Shown here one piece after another: positions 43,330-52,569 of a stretch of 64,000 nucleotides of DNA (position 1 is the first letter of the stretch; each line of letters begins with the position of its first letter). The DNA comes from Dehalococcoidia bacterium (lineage in GTDB: Bacteria; Chloroflexota; Dehalococcoidia; Dehalococcoidales; RBG-16-60-22): assembly GCA_011174815.1 (NCBI GenBank), contig DUFF01000023.1, positions 368-64,367 of the forward strand. The letters run 5' to 3'. The position numbers and the translations under genes were made by a program. Under the pieces are notes generated by a model. It had not been told where the DNA came from. It made no database searches and worked only from the letters and a program-made list of their open reading frames with translations.

Positions 43330-43384
43330 CTTACCGGTAGGTGGAACTACCTCATATACTTTGTTTCCGACTCACTACCGGTTT

Positions 43385-45016
43385 TTACGGTGTATTGATT
43401 ATTGTTGATTTGGGCTCTCCTGTTTCAAGGTAGTAGCTTCGATAAAAGAAATGATATATGTCGGTAGAATAAATAAACACATTTACCGGCTCACCAATTG
43501 CTACCGGCAAAGCCAGTGTATCTTCAATGGATGTCCCGCCTTTTAAGAAATAATCGCGATACACCATCTTAAACCTAGTTTCTAGGATGCTAGATTGCAG
43601 GATCTGCATTATGTCCTTTGAGATAGTCTCCTGTCCGTAAGGTCCATTTACACCACCGCCAAAGATAATGATACTACCCTTACCCAGTTGCAAGGCAGCA
43701 ATCGATGTTCTAGGGGATTCATCATGGGTGACCTTGCCCAAGACTTTTCCTCCCATCAATTCAACTATTTCAACTTCCGGCCCTGTTGTAGCTAGGTTGT
43801 GACTCAGGCCTAAACCCTCCGATATAACTGTAGCATTTTCTGCTTCCAGATTTGCTATTGAATTAGGTATTATAGACACTTTTTGCAAAATATTTACTCC
43901 GGTGCAGTACAGGTTGAAACTCACCATGCCACTTTGGTTGGTAACAAAGTCAGCTACTAATGCAAGTGACTTGATATCGGATAGGTCAGGCGGTGTTTCC
44001 GAGGTGTACGAAGGTTCTGATAGATTTATCATCACGTCTTGCCATTTCCCCAAGTCGCCTACCATTTGGGAGATGTAGTAATCGTGAAAGTTACTCAAAC
44101 TATCATTGATACGCAGGTAGAAGCGTTCTACCGAGGATGGGTCGTCCAATTTCATGCGAAACTGCAGGTTCTGGTAGGTATTCCAGTCTCGTTGTGTCTC
44201 TAGGGTACTAATTATCCAGGCGGCTTTTCCAGCTTCAGAAATATCTTCATACTGCCATACGAAGCCCTCATCCGGCTCGGTTATAGGATTTAATATGGCT
44301 AGGCCACTATTATTAAGATCACCTGCCGACCATGATAATGGATTCCGAGGGCCGACCTCCACTATGCTCGAATACAGTGTCATAAGGTCTCGATAGTATT
44401 CTGTACCTCCTAGTAAAATGACGGTACCGCCATTTGATATCCAGTCAAGCAGTTCCTTCTGATTTAGTGACGGTGGTATCATTTCCCAGTACTCGACGAC
44501 AGCTGGTAGTACCAGGATGCCATCGGTTTCCTCTGTCAGTATTTGCTGCAGTTTATCATCACCGACCATTATCGCACTCCCTTTAATCCCCCGTAGGCTG
44601 AGCTCCGAAGCGAGAATATCTCCCAGACCGGCTGCTATTATAGCGCGGGGCTGGGTAGAATGATAAACTCTGTAATCGTTTTCGCTCTCGTAATAGATAA
44701 ATATCTTAAGTTCTTCAGGCGGGCGAGCCCCGGGAATAGCCACAACTCGGAGCGGTAAATCATATTTTCCCGCTGATACTTGGTATCCGATTTCTAAATA
44801 CGAGCCACTTCCTATACCAGCGTTTAAGTCAATAGACAACGCCTGTTTAGACTTAGCACTCTCAATGTTAAATCCAGGCCCTTCGGTAAATAATAAATAG
44901 TATTGTCCGCCAACGAGTATTGCAACTACTAGGAGTAAAGCAATTAAAATACGATTATTATTCACGATGATGACAACCCTGCAATCTAAGCCTTTTTTAA
45001 TATTTTCCTGAGTCAC
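43385..45016 (-). CDS. N-terminally anchored extracytoplasmic protein of unknown function (DUF4350-like segment?)
   Basis: 543 aa with a single N-terminal helix (ILIALLLVVAILVGG). The segment ILVLPAVVEYWEMIPPSLNQKELLDWISNGGTVILLGG resembles the GATase1-like DUF4350 family. Assignment confidence is low. Confidence 0.45.
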   Translation of the reverse strand: MTQENIKKGLDCRVVIIVNNNRILIALLLVVAILVGGQYYLLFTEGPGFNIESAKSKQALSIDLNAGIGSGSYLEIGYQVSAGKYDLPLRVVAIPGARPPEELKIFIYYESENDYRVYHSTQPRAIIAAGLGDILASELSLRGIKGSAIMVGDDKLQQILTEETDGILVLPAVVEYWEMIPPSLNQKELLDWISNGGTVILLGGTEYYRDLMTLYSSIVEVGPRNPLSWSAGDLNNSGLAILNPITEPDEGFVWQYEDISEAGKAAWIISTLETQRDWNTYQNLQFRMKLDDPSSVERFYLRINDSLSNFHDYYISQMVGDLGKWQDVMINLSEPSYTSETPPDLSDIKSLALVADFVTNQSGMVSFNLYCTGVNILQKVSIIPNSIANLEAENATVISEGLGLSHNLATTGPEVEIVELMGGKVLGKVTHDESPRTSIAALQLGKGSIIIFGGGVNGPYGQETISKDIMQILQSSILETRFKMVYRDYFLKGGTSIEDTLALPVAIGEPVNVFIYSTDIYHFFYRSYYLETGEPKSTIINTP

Positions 45017-45025
45017 TTCGTGTTT

Positions 45026-46009
45026 TCAGTGTTTGACTGGACTAAGACGAAAACGTACTATTTTCGGAAAGCGTACCATATTCCACCAGATAGCTTTTGC
45101 ATCAGCAATTACTTCGCCAAACCTGCGCCGTCTTGAGAACATCGAAAAGCCTTTCTGAGGAAAAATCCGGTACCCAAATGGCAGCAACAGAATCAGGTCA
45201 AGAAGAAAGATTATGCTGTAACCGACCAGACCACAAGGCAACAGGTACCAAGGATAATACTTTAAGACCAAGTTAAGCATGCTCCTGCGCAGGCAGTAGA
45301 AGGGAAACGCCGTACTTTTACCAATGGTGGCGCTGGTTCTATGCCAAGTAATGGCTGTGGGTACAAGCAATACCTTATAGCGATTGCTTCGCGCCCGGAA
45401 ACAATATTCAGCATCCTCTCCAAAAAAGTAATAGTCCTGATCAAAGGGGCCAAGTTCCTGATAGGCTAAGTTCGGCATAGCAAGCATGTTCAAATAGTCC
45501 ACTTCCTGGATGTCTTCTTTCGGACATTTCTCTATGGGGAAACCATTATAACGCTTGATAGAGACACCAAATGGATAAAGATGTTTCATACCGAGGTCGT
45601 CTACCAATCTCTCGCTGCCGTGTTGTAACCTTGCACCGCCGACAATAACTTTGTGGTTATCTTGATTTTGAATAACTTCGACAAGGCGACCCAACCAGTT
45701 CGGTTCAGCGGTTTCATCAGTATTAAAATCAATAACTAAAATTTCTCCATTAGCTACATTGACTCCGCAGTTAATCGCCTCTCCAATACCTACCTTCTTA
45801 TCTAAGGCGACTAACTTGACCCCTGGGAACTGCTCTCTTATGAGCTTCTTTGATTCATCTGTTGAACATGCATCGACAACAACAACTTCATAGTTGGAAT
45901 AATTTAGTTTGCCCAGTGAATCTAGACATGCTGGCAATAACTTCTCTCCATTAAAATTCGAGATAATGATAGATACCTTTGGTGCTGTCTTTTTCCGATC
46001 TACACTCAT
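45026..46009 (-). CDS. family 2 glycosyltransferase
   Basis: VSIIISNFNGEKLLPACLDSL...YEVVVVDACSTDES and the DxD-like FGEDAEY are present. Confidence 0.8.
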   Translation of the reverse strand: MSVDRKKTAPKVSIIISNFNGEKLLPACLDSLGKLNYSNYEVVVVDACSTDESKKLIREQFPGVKLVALDKKVGIGEAINCGVNVANGEILVIDFNTDETAEPNWLGRLVEVIQNQDNHKVIVGGARLQHGSERLVDDLGMKHLYPFGVSIKRYNGFPIEKCPKEDIQEVDYLNMLAMPNLAYQELGPFDQDYYFFGEDAEYCFRARSNRYKVLLVPTAITWHRTSATIGKSTAFPFYCLRRSMLNLVLKYYPWYLLPCGLVGYSIIFLLDLILLLPFGYRIFPQKGFSMFSRRRRFGEVIADAKAIWWNMVRFPKIVRFRLSPVKH

Positions 46010-46184
46010 TTGTACATTGTCACCAATCGTTTTTGACTATTGACCTGCTCCGCCCTTGTAAAGGAACCGAGATTAGCTTCGAACATTACCAGTATTTCTA
46101 TCGTGTCCAGAGCTTGAGTCCTTAAATCCTGAAGTATCCAACAATCTCGGTACTGGCAGCTGTGAGCTTGCCGTTTGTTTGCTT

Positions 46185-47150
46185 CTAATCACGCCCTTTA
46201 GTCGATTTTGTGGATGAAATCATCTCCCAGATAAACGGGTTCTTCCTACGAATAAAGAAATCGAAACTTCCAGCCGCCCTTGCATAAATTTCAAGTATAA
46301 TACTCACAAAAGTCCACGCAATAGATTTGAAGCTAAGGCTTGTACATCGAGGTATCAGTTTTAGCAATCTCAGACAATTGAGGCTTGCTACCCGATAGTT
46401 CGATGTTTTCATCAGGTGAAGATGGCCAACGTATATCCGGCGTCTCTGCTTTACAAAGTCCGCTACCGTTTCAGGTCCCTTGTTGTACACTATTGCTTCT
46501 GGAACATATCGCAGTGAGTAACCCTTCTTCCTTATTGCTGCCTCAATTGCTGCTTCGTCGACAGCGGTATCTTCAGGAATAAAATCAACTATGTTTCTGA
46601 ACGCTATGTATTCTCCCAGTCTTGGCTCGATTAATGATAATTCATGGTTCATGTCCCATATAAGTCTGCTAACAAACCCCATTAATGTAGTTTGATCATT
46701 AACTGGAATCGGACGTCCGCCGGCCATTCCCACAATAGGGTCGAAGAAGACACTACTCAAAGATTCGCAACTTGTTTCCGTTAGTCTAGTGTCAGCACTA
46801 ACAAGAATGCAGATATCACCTCGTGAAGCTCTTAGGAAGAGATTAACTGCAGCTGCCTTGCCTCTACGTTTAGCTTCTGTAATAAGGTGTATTCTTTGAT
46901 CACCGTCTTGGAAGTGCCTGACTATATCCTCGGTTCCGTCACAACAGGCAGAGGAGACAACTACGATCTGAACAATTTCTAGTTTGTGTAGCACTTGGTT
47001 TTGGATTGACATCAAGAGGTGTCCGATATTCTGCTCTTCATTGTACGCACAGATTCCAATACTAGCTGTAATTCTTCTGTCATTTTGTCCCTCGCTGGTC
47101 ACAGCCGATCTCTCTTCTTGTTGAGCCTCAACTCGTTGGATCTGGAACAT
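46185..47150 (-). CDS. family 2 glycosyltransferase
   Basis: Track ORF 46185..47192. The ATG at 47150 is preceded by GGAAGGA. ASIGICAYNEEQNIGHLL, VVVSSACCDGTEDIV and ILVSADT are GT2-like motifs. Confidence 0.75.
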   Translation of the reverse strand: MFQIQRVEAQQEERSAVTSEGQNDRRITASIGICAYNEEQNIGHLLMSIQNQVLHKLEIVQIVVVSSACCDGTEDIVRHFQDGDQRIHLITEAKRRGKAAAVNLFLRASRGDICILVSADTRLTETSCESLSSVFFDPIVGMAGGRPIPVNDQTTLMGFVSRLIWDMNHELSLIEPRLGEYIAFRNIVDFIPEDTAVDEAAIEAAIRKKGYSLRYVPEAIVYNKGPETVADFVKQRRRIYVGHLHLMKTSNYRVASLNCLRLLKLIPRCTSLSFKSIAWTFVSIILEIYARAAGSFDFFIRRKNPFIWEMISSTKSTKGRD

Positions 47151-47167
47151 CTTACATATTCCTTCCC

Positions 47168-48535
47168 CTACTTTTGGATAACTACGACCCAATGGACGAA
47201 GCCACCATACGGCGAAAGATGAAAGCGATGGCTAGAAAATCCAACTTGAGCTAAAAGCGAATTTACTATCGTACGCTTGAAAAGGGTGTATTCAGTGGGA
47301 AAGAAAATTATGCGCTTTCTTGAGACTACCCTAGCGAGAGTTTCCGTTATTTCCACCGCAAGGTGCACCGGTCCTAATCTCCAAGGCCAGAAAAGGAGGC
47401 CAACAGAATCACCTTTAAGGACACGCTTGAACTCGGTAAGGATGGCTATGAGCTCATCCTCCTTAAAATGCTCCATCACCCCAAAGTTCCATATTCCATC
47501 TATCGAATCAGATCTGAACGGCAGATTAAAGATGTCCCCCTGAACATGAAAGTCGATTACTAGAACCTCTTTAGCCTTCAGCAGTGCAGGGCGTGAAATA
47601 TCAAGGGCTAGTAGTTTCCTTTCTCCTTTGTTTATCTTGGAGGAAGATTGGCTGCTTCCTGAGCCGCACTCAATAAAATTACCACTTTTGGCAAAGTATA
47701 TGTCGCTATAATGCTTCATCTCATTGGCTAGAAGGGTTTTTCGGTAAGCTGACACAATCCAACCAAAGAGTCCAGTCTGGCTCAGGCCACTCTGCCAATG
47801 TCTATCCCAATCCTTGGTATTAATATGAGAGGTGACCCTGCCGTGCGAAAGAATATGCCTGACTTTCTCCAGATATAAGTGATAGAGTAAATTCAAGTAT
47901 CTTAGGTACTCTTTCAGCTCAAGCTTGCTTTTCCCTGCTTGCCTGATCCTGAAAATGTAAGGCACCTCCGCGACCTTGCTATATTCCCCCAGAGCTAAAA
48001 TCTCCAGTAGAATCTTGTATCCTATAGTCCTAAACGTTCTTCCTTGAATGACCTTTTTCCTAATAAAAAAGAAACCACTCATAGGATCTCTGACCTTCGT
48101 TATAGGTCTAGCCATTAGAATGGCTACCCTTGATACTACCAGTCTAAACCACGGCCAGTTCTCTACCCCGCCACCGGGAACATATCTGCTGCCTATGGCT
48201 ACATCGTAGCCATAGGCAATCTTGCCCACAAGTTTATCTATCACCTGGGGGTCATGCTGTAAGTCAGCATCTATAACTCCAACTATACTCCCTTCAGCGC
48301 CCTTAAATCCTGCCAGTATCGCGGAAGCCAATCCGAGCTTCCGTTCCCGCCTTATAACTGTGATGGGATACCTGCCAGCCAAATCTTCTGCTACTTCAGC
48401 GGTGCCGTCAGGGCTGTTGTCATCGACAATTATAATCTCGTAGTCCCTTGTACTTAAAGTCTGAGCTAACCTTTCCACGAGAGGTTTGATATTGTCTTTT
48501 TCTTGGTAAGTAGGTACTACCACTGAAATTTTCAT
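47168..48535 (-). CDS. fusion protein: polyprenyl-phosphate sugar synthase-like GT2 (Dpm1/GtrB type) + C-terminal class I SAM methyltransferase
   Basis: The N-terminal half has ISVVVPTYQEKDNIKPLVERL...IIIVDDNSPDGT...GVIDADLQHDP. The C-terminal half has FIECGSGSSQ...LLALDIS...DGIWNFGVMEHF. Confidence 0.75.
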   Translation of the reverse strand: MKISVVVPTYQEKDNIKPLVERLAQTLSTRDYEIIIVDDNSPDGTAEVAEDLAGRYPITVIRRERKLGLASAILAGFKGAEGSIVGVIDADLQHDPQVIDKLVGKIAYGYDVAIGSRYVPGGGVENWPWFRLVVSRVAILMARPITKVRDPMSGFFFIRKKVIQGRTFRTIGYKILLEILALGEYSKVAEVPYIFRIRQAGKSKLELKEYLRYLNLLYHLYLEKVRHILSHGRVTSHINTKDWDRHWQSGLSQTGLFGWIVSAYRKTLLANEMKHYSDIYFAKSGNFIECGSGSSQSSSKINKGERKLLALDISRPALLKAKEVLVIDFHVQGDIFNLPFRSDSIDGIWNFGVMEHFKEDELIAILTEFKRVLKGDSVGLLFWPWRLGPVHLAVEITETLARVVSRKRIIFFPTEYTLFKRTIVNSLLAQVGFSSHRFHLSPYGGFVHWVVVIQK

Positions 48536-48608
48536 TGTTTATTCCTCGGAGAGAGTGAAAGTATGAATATTGTATTTAATATTCCCTCCTAGCGAAATAT
48601 TAGCCAAA

Positions 48609-49859
48609 TCAATTATGGCGATGGAAAAAAGGAAGCATCGAAAATGGAGACAGTACAGCACATGCAAGCAGCACGTTGACCATTTGCCCAATGCCAGAAT
48701 GGAATGCAACTATCAGAAAAATCTCGAGAAGCATTACCCCTAGCAGAGAGAAGGCCACTTTTGTTTGATTCAATGACAGCAAGTAACTCATTGCCAAAAA
48801 CGAAACAGCTAGGAAACCCATTGCCAGTCCGTATGTTGCAAGATATGTTCCAATAAGGGGATACTTGCCATCAAAGAGAAACTGAGCTAAATGATGAGGA
48901 AATAGAGCATAGACCACCACCACACTGCCGGCAATTAGAACAGTTAGTATCATAGCCCTCGCAAATGGACCCCGATGGTCCCCGCTACGTTCAAAGAGTT
49001 CTGATGTCTTGGGAAACATGGCTGCTGCTATACCTACGGGAGCATAGAAAGCGACTCTACCCAGAACAGACATTGCTGAGTAGTTACCGGCATCAGTAGC
49101 AGTCAGATAATGTTTCGCGAGGATCACGTCAATGTTAATGAGCACAGTTACGCACGAGATTGCTAGTAGAGTAAGGCCAGCGTAAGAACGAACATCGGGA
49201 AGTGACACACGCTCATTCCTAACGGATAATAGATTGCGGAGAGGTAAAAACGTAAAAATCAAAACTAGGAAGAACGCAACAGGAATCGCAGTTAGAGCAC
49301 CCTGAACTCCAAAACCACACTGGACAAGAAAAACACCGAGTACTAACCTGAGAAATCCCGCCAACACCTGACTTGACCCGAGGGGCACAAACTTTTGTAG
49401 TCCCTGCAGAGTTCCCAAGTTCACTGAGAGCATAAGAACGATGAAAATAGCCGAAAATACAATAATGGGATAGATAATGCTATCCAGCTTGAGAAATCGT
49501 GAAAGCAAAGGACTAAGTAAGGCCAGAATAGCAAAACCACCTATCCCGGCAAGCAGCATTTTTGTGAAAAAAAGGCGCCATACATAGTTCACCCCCCCAA
49601 GTCTACCCTCAGCTACAAGTTTGGAAGTGAATTTAGCTACTGCGATTGTAATAGCCTGAGAAACGACTATTAAGATCACAAACAGCGAGGTCAGGCTGAA
49701 AAGAACGCCATACTCTTGGGTTGGCAATAACACGCCCATGGCTAACTGGTAGAGATAGTTAAAAAGACCACCCAAAATGCCAAAGGCCACCATGATGAGA
49801 CCGTGCTTAGTCATATCGTCAATCATCCCGCCTAGCTTAATAAGGTTAAACTTGTTCAC
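48609..49859 (-). CDS. Wzx-like oligosaccharide/polysaccharide flippase (MOP superfamily)
   Basis: 416 aa with about 12 helices. The composition is typical of polysaccharide biosynthesis (PST family) flippases. Its position heads the glycosylation cluster. Confidence 0.65.
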   Translation of the reverse strand: MNKFNLIKLGGMIDDMTKHGLIMVAFGILGGLFNYLYQLAMGVLLPTQEYGVLFSLTSLFVILIVVSQAITIAVAKFTSKLVAEGRLGGVNYVWRLFFTKMLLAGIGGFAILALLSPLLSRFLKLDSIIYPIIVFSAIFIVLMLSVNLGTLQGLQKFVPLGSSQVLAGFLRLVLGVFLVQCGFGVQGALTAIPVAFFLVLIFTFLPLRNLLSVRNERVSLPDVRSYAGLTLLAISCVTVLINIDVILAKHYLTATDAGNYSAMSVLGRVAFYAPVGIAAAMFPKTSELFERSGDHRGPFARAMILTVLIAGSVVVVYALFPHHLAQFLFDGKYPLIGTYLATYGLAMGFLAVSFLAMSYLLSLNQTKVAFSLLGVMLLEIFLIVAFHSGIGQMVNVLLACAVLSPFSMLPFFHRHN

Positions 49860-50010
49860 GGCTCTGTGCCTCTATCCATCGCCCGATACTGTTTCATTAA
49901 CCTCCGATTCTTGGAGTCACCAACCAAGGTTTCCCGCTCCTCAGTTTGCCCGTAACGCCCTCTATCCTCACCCCATCGCCTGACCTGCCTCCATAAAGGA
50001 TACCCCTTTT

Positions 50011-50460
50011 TTAATTTAGAGTTACCGACATTATAGCCTCAGGAGCAGGTGGCCGGTAGCCTAATGAGCTATATGGTCGTACCTGATTTTACTCCCTCTT
50101 CTAATGCTCAAGCAATACCTTCGCTTCAGTTAAATTGGTAAACACCTCCCGAGTCAGCAGCCCGTCTCTCAACTTCCCATTGAAAGATTCGATATAGCCG
50201 TTCTCCCAGGGACTTTCCGATTCGATGAATAACGTCTTCACACTAACACGACTCAACCATCTACGTACCGCCCTAGTGATAAATTAAGGTCCGTTGTCTG
50301 ATTTGAGGTGTTCCGGTATACCCCTAAAAATGATTAGTTGAAACAGCTGGTCAATAACGTCCTGTGAAGTGATAGGTCTCTATACCAGTATCGCCAAGCA
50401 TTTTCTGGTGTATTAATTGATAATATTGAGGATACGAAATGCTCTTCCTTTTTGGAGGCA
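50011..50460 (-). pseudogene. relic of an IS3-family transposase OrfB (rve/DDE integrase core C-terminal half) with at least five in-frame stops
   Basis: My minus-strand translation is GRAFRILNIIN*YTRKCLAILV*RPITSQDVIDQLFQLIIFRGIPEHLKSDNGP*FITRAVRRWLSRVSVKTLFIESESPWENGYIESFNGKLRDGLLTREVFTNLTEAKVLLEH*KRE*NQVRPYSSLGYRPPAPEAI. SDNGPEF, PWENGYIESFNGK and RPHSSLGY are IS3 OrfB hallmarks. Confidence 0.85.
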
Positions 50461-50517
50461 AGTCAAAATTGATTGTTCTTCTAAGAAATTTTCGTTTTCT
50501 CTAATGCCCTTCTCTTA

Positions 50518-50940
50518 TTAACGGAAGACTATGACTTTTATAAATATTAATGGGAAAACGAACAGTTCTAATTGAAGAACAAAGAGTATCCAAGCCGAAC
50601 TTATTAAAAAGATTTCATAAGTTATGAAATAAAACAAGATTACAAGAATCACAATGCAGCCAATTACTGCTGACCAAGACAAAAATGTCCGGCAACTTCT
50701 TATGCTTTTATCAGAAACTCGTAATTCCTTAACTAAGATCTCATAATTCCAGATCACCTTAATAAGAAGAATAACTGAAAAACCAACAAGAGCAGTTGAA
50801 GCGATGAGTAGTGAGCGTAAAAGGCTGATTTTATACTCTATCCCTAATGGCCAATTTATGAAAACTGCAATTAAAGCCCACCCTCCTATCAAGATAAAGG
50901 CAAGAAGTATTTTCAACAATATGGACATTGTATTTTTCAC
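50518..50940 (-). CDS. small polytopic membrane protein, paralog of 51015..51623
   Basis: 140 aa with 4 hydrophobic helices. It aligns along its whole length with the C-terminal ~140 aa of the neighbouring ORF. The DNA is very AT-rich. Confidence 0.55.
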   Translation of the reverse strand: MKNTMSILLKILLAFILIGGWALIAVFINWPLGIEYKISLLRSLLIASTALVGFSVILLIKVIWNYEILVKELRVSDKSIRSCRTFLSWSAVIGCIVILVILFYFITYEIFLISSAWILFVLQLELFVFPLIFIKVIVFR

Positions 50941-51014
50941 TTTAACTTCCGATATTCTACTACATCGGGCTACTACATAAATCTAAATATTATGTGACCG
51001 ATCATCTAATGTAA

Positions 51015-51623
51015 TCAATGTAAAACAATAATTCTTGCAAAGAGCAGAGGGATAATTAATAAGGCTAATTGAAGTATAAAAAATACCCAGGCCATATAAA
51101 CTATATTAATCTCATAAATTACGAAATAGACCATGATAGCTAGAATCGTAAAACAACCAGAAGTTACTGATTGGCATATCAACACCCTTAATTTCTTTGT
51201 TCTGATATCTGATATCCCAAGCTTTACGTTAGACCCACTGTTATTGCGAACCATTTCAGGTAGAATAATAACAACAAAGCCAGCTAGTGCCGATGTAGCA
51301 ATAAGAACTGACTGCAATAGTTCAACTTTCATCATTATTTCTACGGGCCAATCACCAAAGAATATGATGGATGCAAACAATCCTGCAACAATCACAACGA
51401 TTACTAATGGTAAATTAGTTATTATTGACCGTATGATAGCTTTATTGTATTTTACGAATAAAGCCAGAAGGATAATACCTGCCAATGCTGATAAGATATT
51501 AGATACAAGTTGTAATAGCTTGACCTCCCCCTCTCTTTCTGGAGGTGGACCTGCAAAAAAAAGTAGTGCTCCTATGGTAATTGTAATAACAATCGCTAGT
51601 ATAATCCTTCCAGTATTTTTCAT
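51015..51623 (-). CDS. polytopic membrane protein, paralog of 50518..50940 with a ~60-aa N-terminal extension
   Basis: 202 aa. Compare GDWPVEIMMKVELLQSVLIATSALAGF...YFVIYEINIVYMAWVFFILQLALLIIPLLFARIIVLH with INWPLGIEYKISLLRSLLIASTALVGF...YFITYEIFLISSAWILFVLQLELFVFPLIFIKVIVFR. Confidence 0.55.
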   Translation of the reverse strand: MKNTGRIILAIVITITIGALLFFAGPPPEREGEVKLLQLVSNILSALAGIILLALFVKYNKAIIRSIITNLPLVIVVIVAGLFASIIFFGDWPVEIMMKVELLQSVLIATSALAGFVVIILPEMVRNNSGSNVKLGISDIRTKKLRVLICQSVTSGCFTILAIMVYFVIYEINIVYMAWVFFILQLALLIIPLLFARIIVLH

Positions 51624-51867
51624 TCTTGCCTTTACATTCGGTTTTGCCTAAATATTATAGCTCCTAACACCGATATAACCATAGTCAATTATTGACGTTT
51701 TTAAAAGATGAGGGAAATAATATTTTGGAGATGTATTATGGTTAATTATTTCAAAAGAATGAGACATTCGATATTCTTCCCAGATACTCAGAAACAATTG
51801 ACTAAAGTTCAATTTATTTTGATGATTCGTTCGAAAACTTATAGGACCTGTCCATCCAGTCAGTCAA

Positions 51868-52503
51868 TCAATATAACCTGCCGTTCTGCAGGAACTTGAT
51901 TGTAATTCTGCGGTTTAGAAGTTCCCACGCGAACAACACGAATGCTATAAAGCCGATTATCTCTGGTATATAAACTGCCGGTTCATTTAATAAAACATAG
52001 AAGACTTTGCTTAAGTAATCGAAAGTTTCAGTCTTTTCAAAGCCAAAACCTAAAATTGGCCAGAACAGTGTTTTGGGTGTCTGCCACATCTTATCCAATA
52101 ATAGGTGAAAAACCGTGCCTATAGATAGAGCCAATCCCCATGTTTTACCTGAATATCCCCTAATAAAAAGTCCAGCAACCATTAACAATATGAGAAACAG
52201 CAAGGTATGGGAGAATATCCTTCCGTTACTGTAAGTTTCTTGGAACAAGAATATCCCAACCGGCTTATCAATAATATCGGGTAGCATTGACCCTACAAGA
52301 AGAAATCTTATATCCACGTGGTTTGCTAGCGACCTGAAAAACGACATCCTATTATCTGGCTGGATTTTTAAATGAGAACTGTCACTGGTCGGGGAGCTTC
52401 CTCCTACCCTATCTTCTGTAATTCTATTGCGAAGCTTATCTGTCAGCCTAAATCCGAGGGCAGTTGCAGCAAGCGTTATTCCAATATGACCAAACAATAA
52501 CAT
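51868..52503 (-). CDS. membrane-bound metal-dependent hydrolase (YdjM/DUF457-like)
   Basis: Track ORF 51868..52569. The ATG at 52503 gives MLLFGHIGITLAA, the typical family opening. LPDIIDKP and SHT...HLLLD are conserved His/Asp motifs. Confidence 0.6.
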   Translation of the reverse strand: MLLFGHIGITLAATALGFRLTDKLRNRITEDRVGGSSPTSDSSHLKIQPDNRMSFFRSLANHVDIRFLLVGSMLPDIIDKPVGIFLFQETYSNGRIFSHTLLFLILLMVAGLFIRGYSGKTWGLALSIGTVFHLLLDKMWQTPKTLFWPILGFGFEKTETFDYLSKVFYVLLNEPAVYIPEIIGFIAFVLFAWELLNRRITIKFLQNGRLY

Positions 52504-52569
52504 TTGATTCCCGCTTTTGGCATAATAACAGACAATACAATTTGCGACAATTAGTGAAACTAGAAACAA

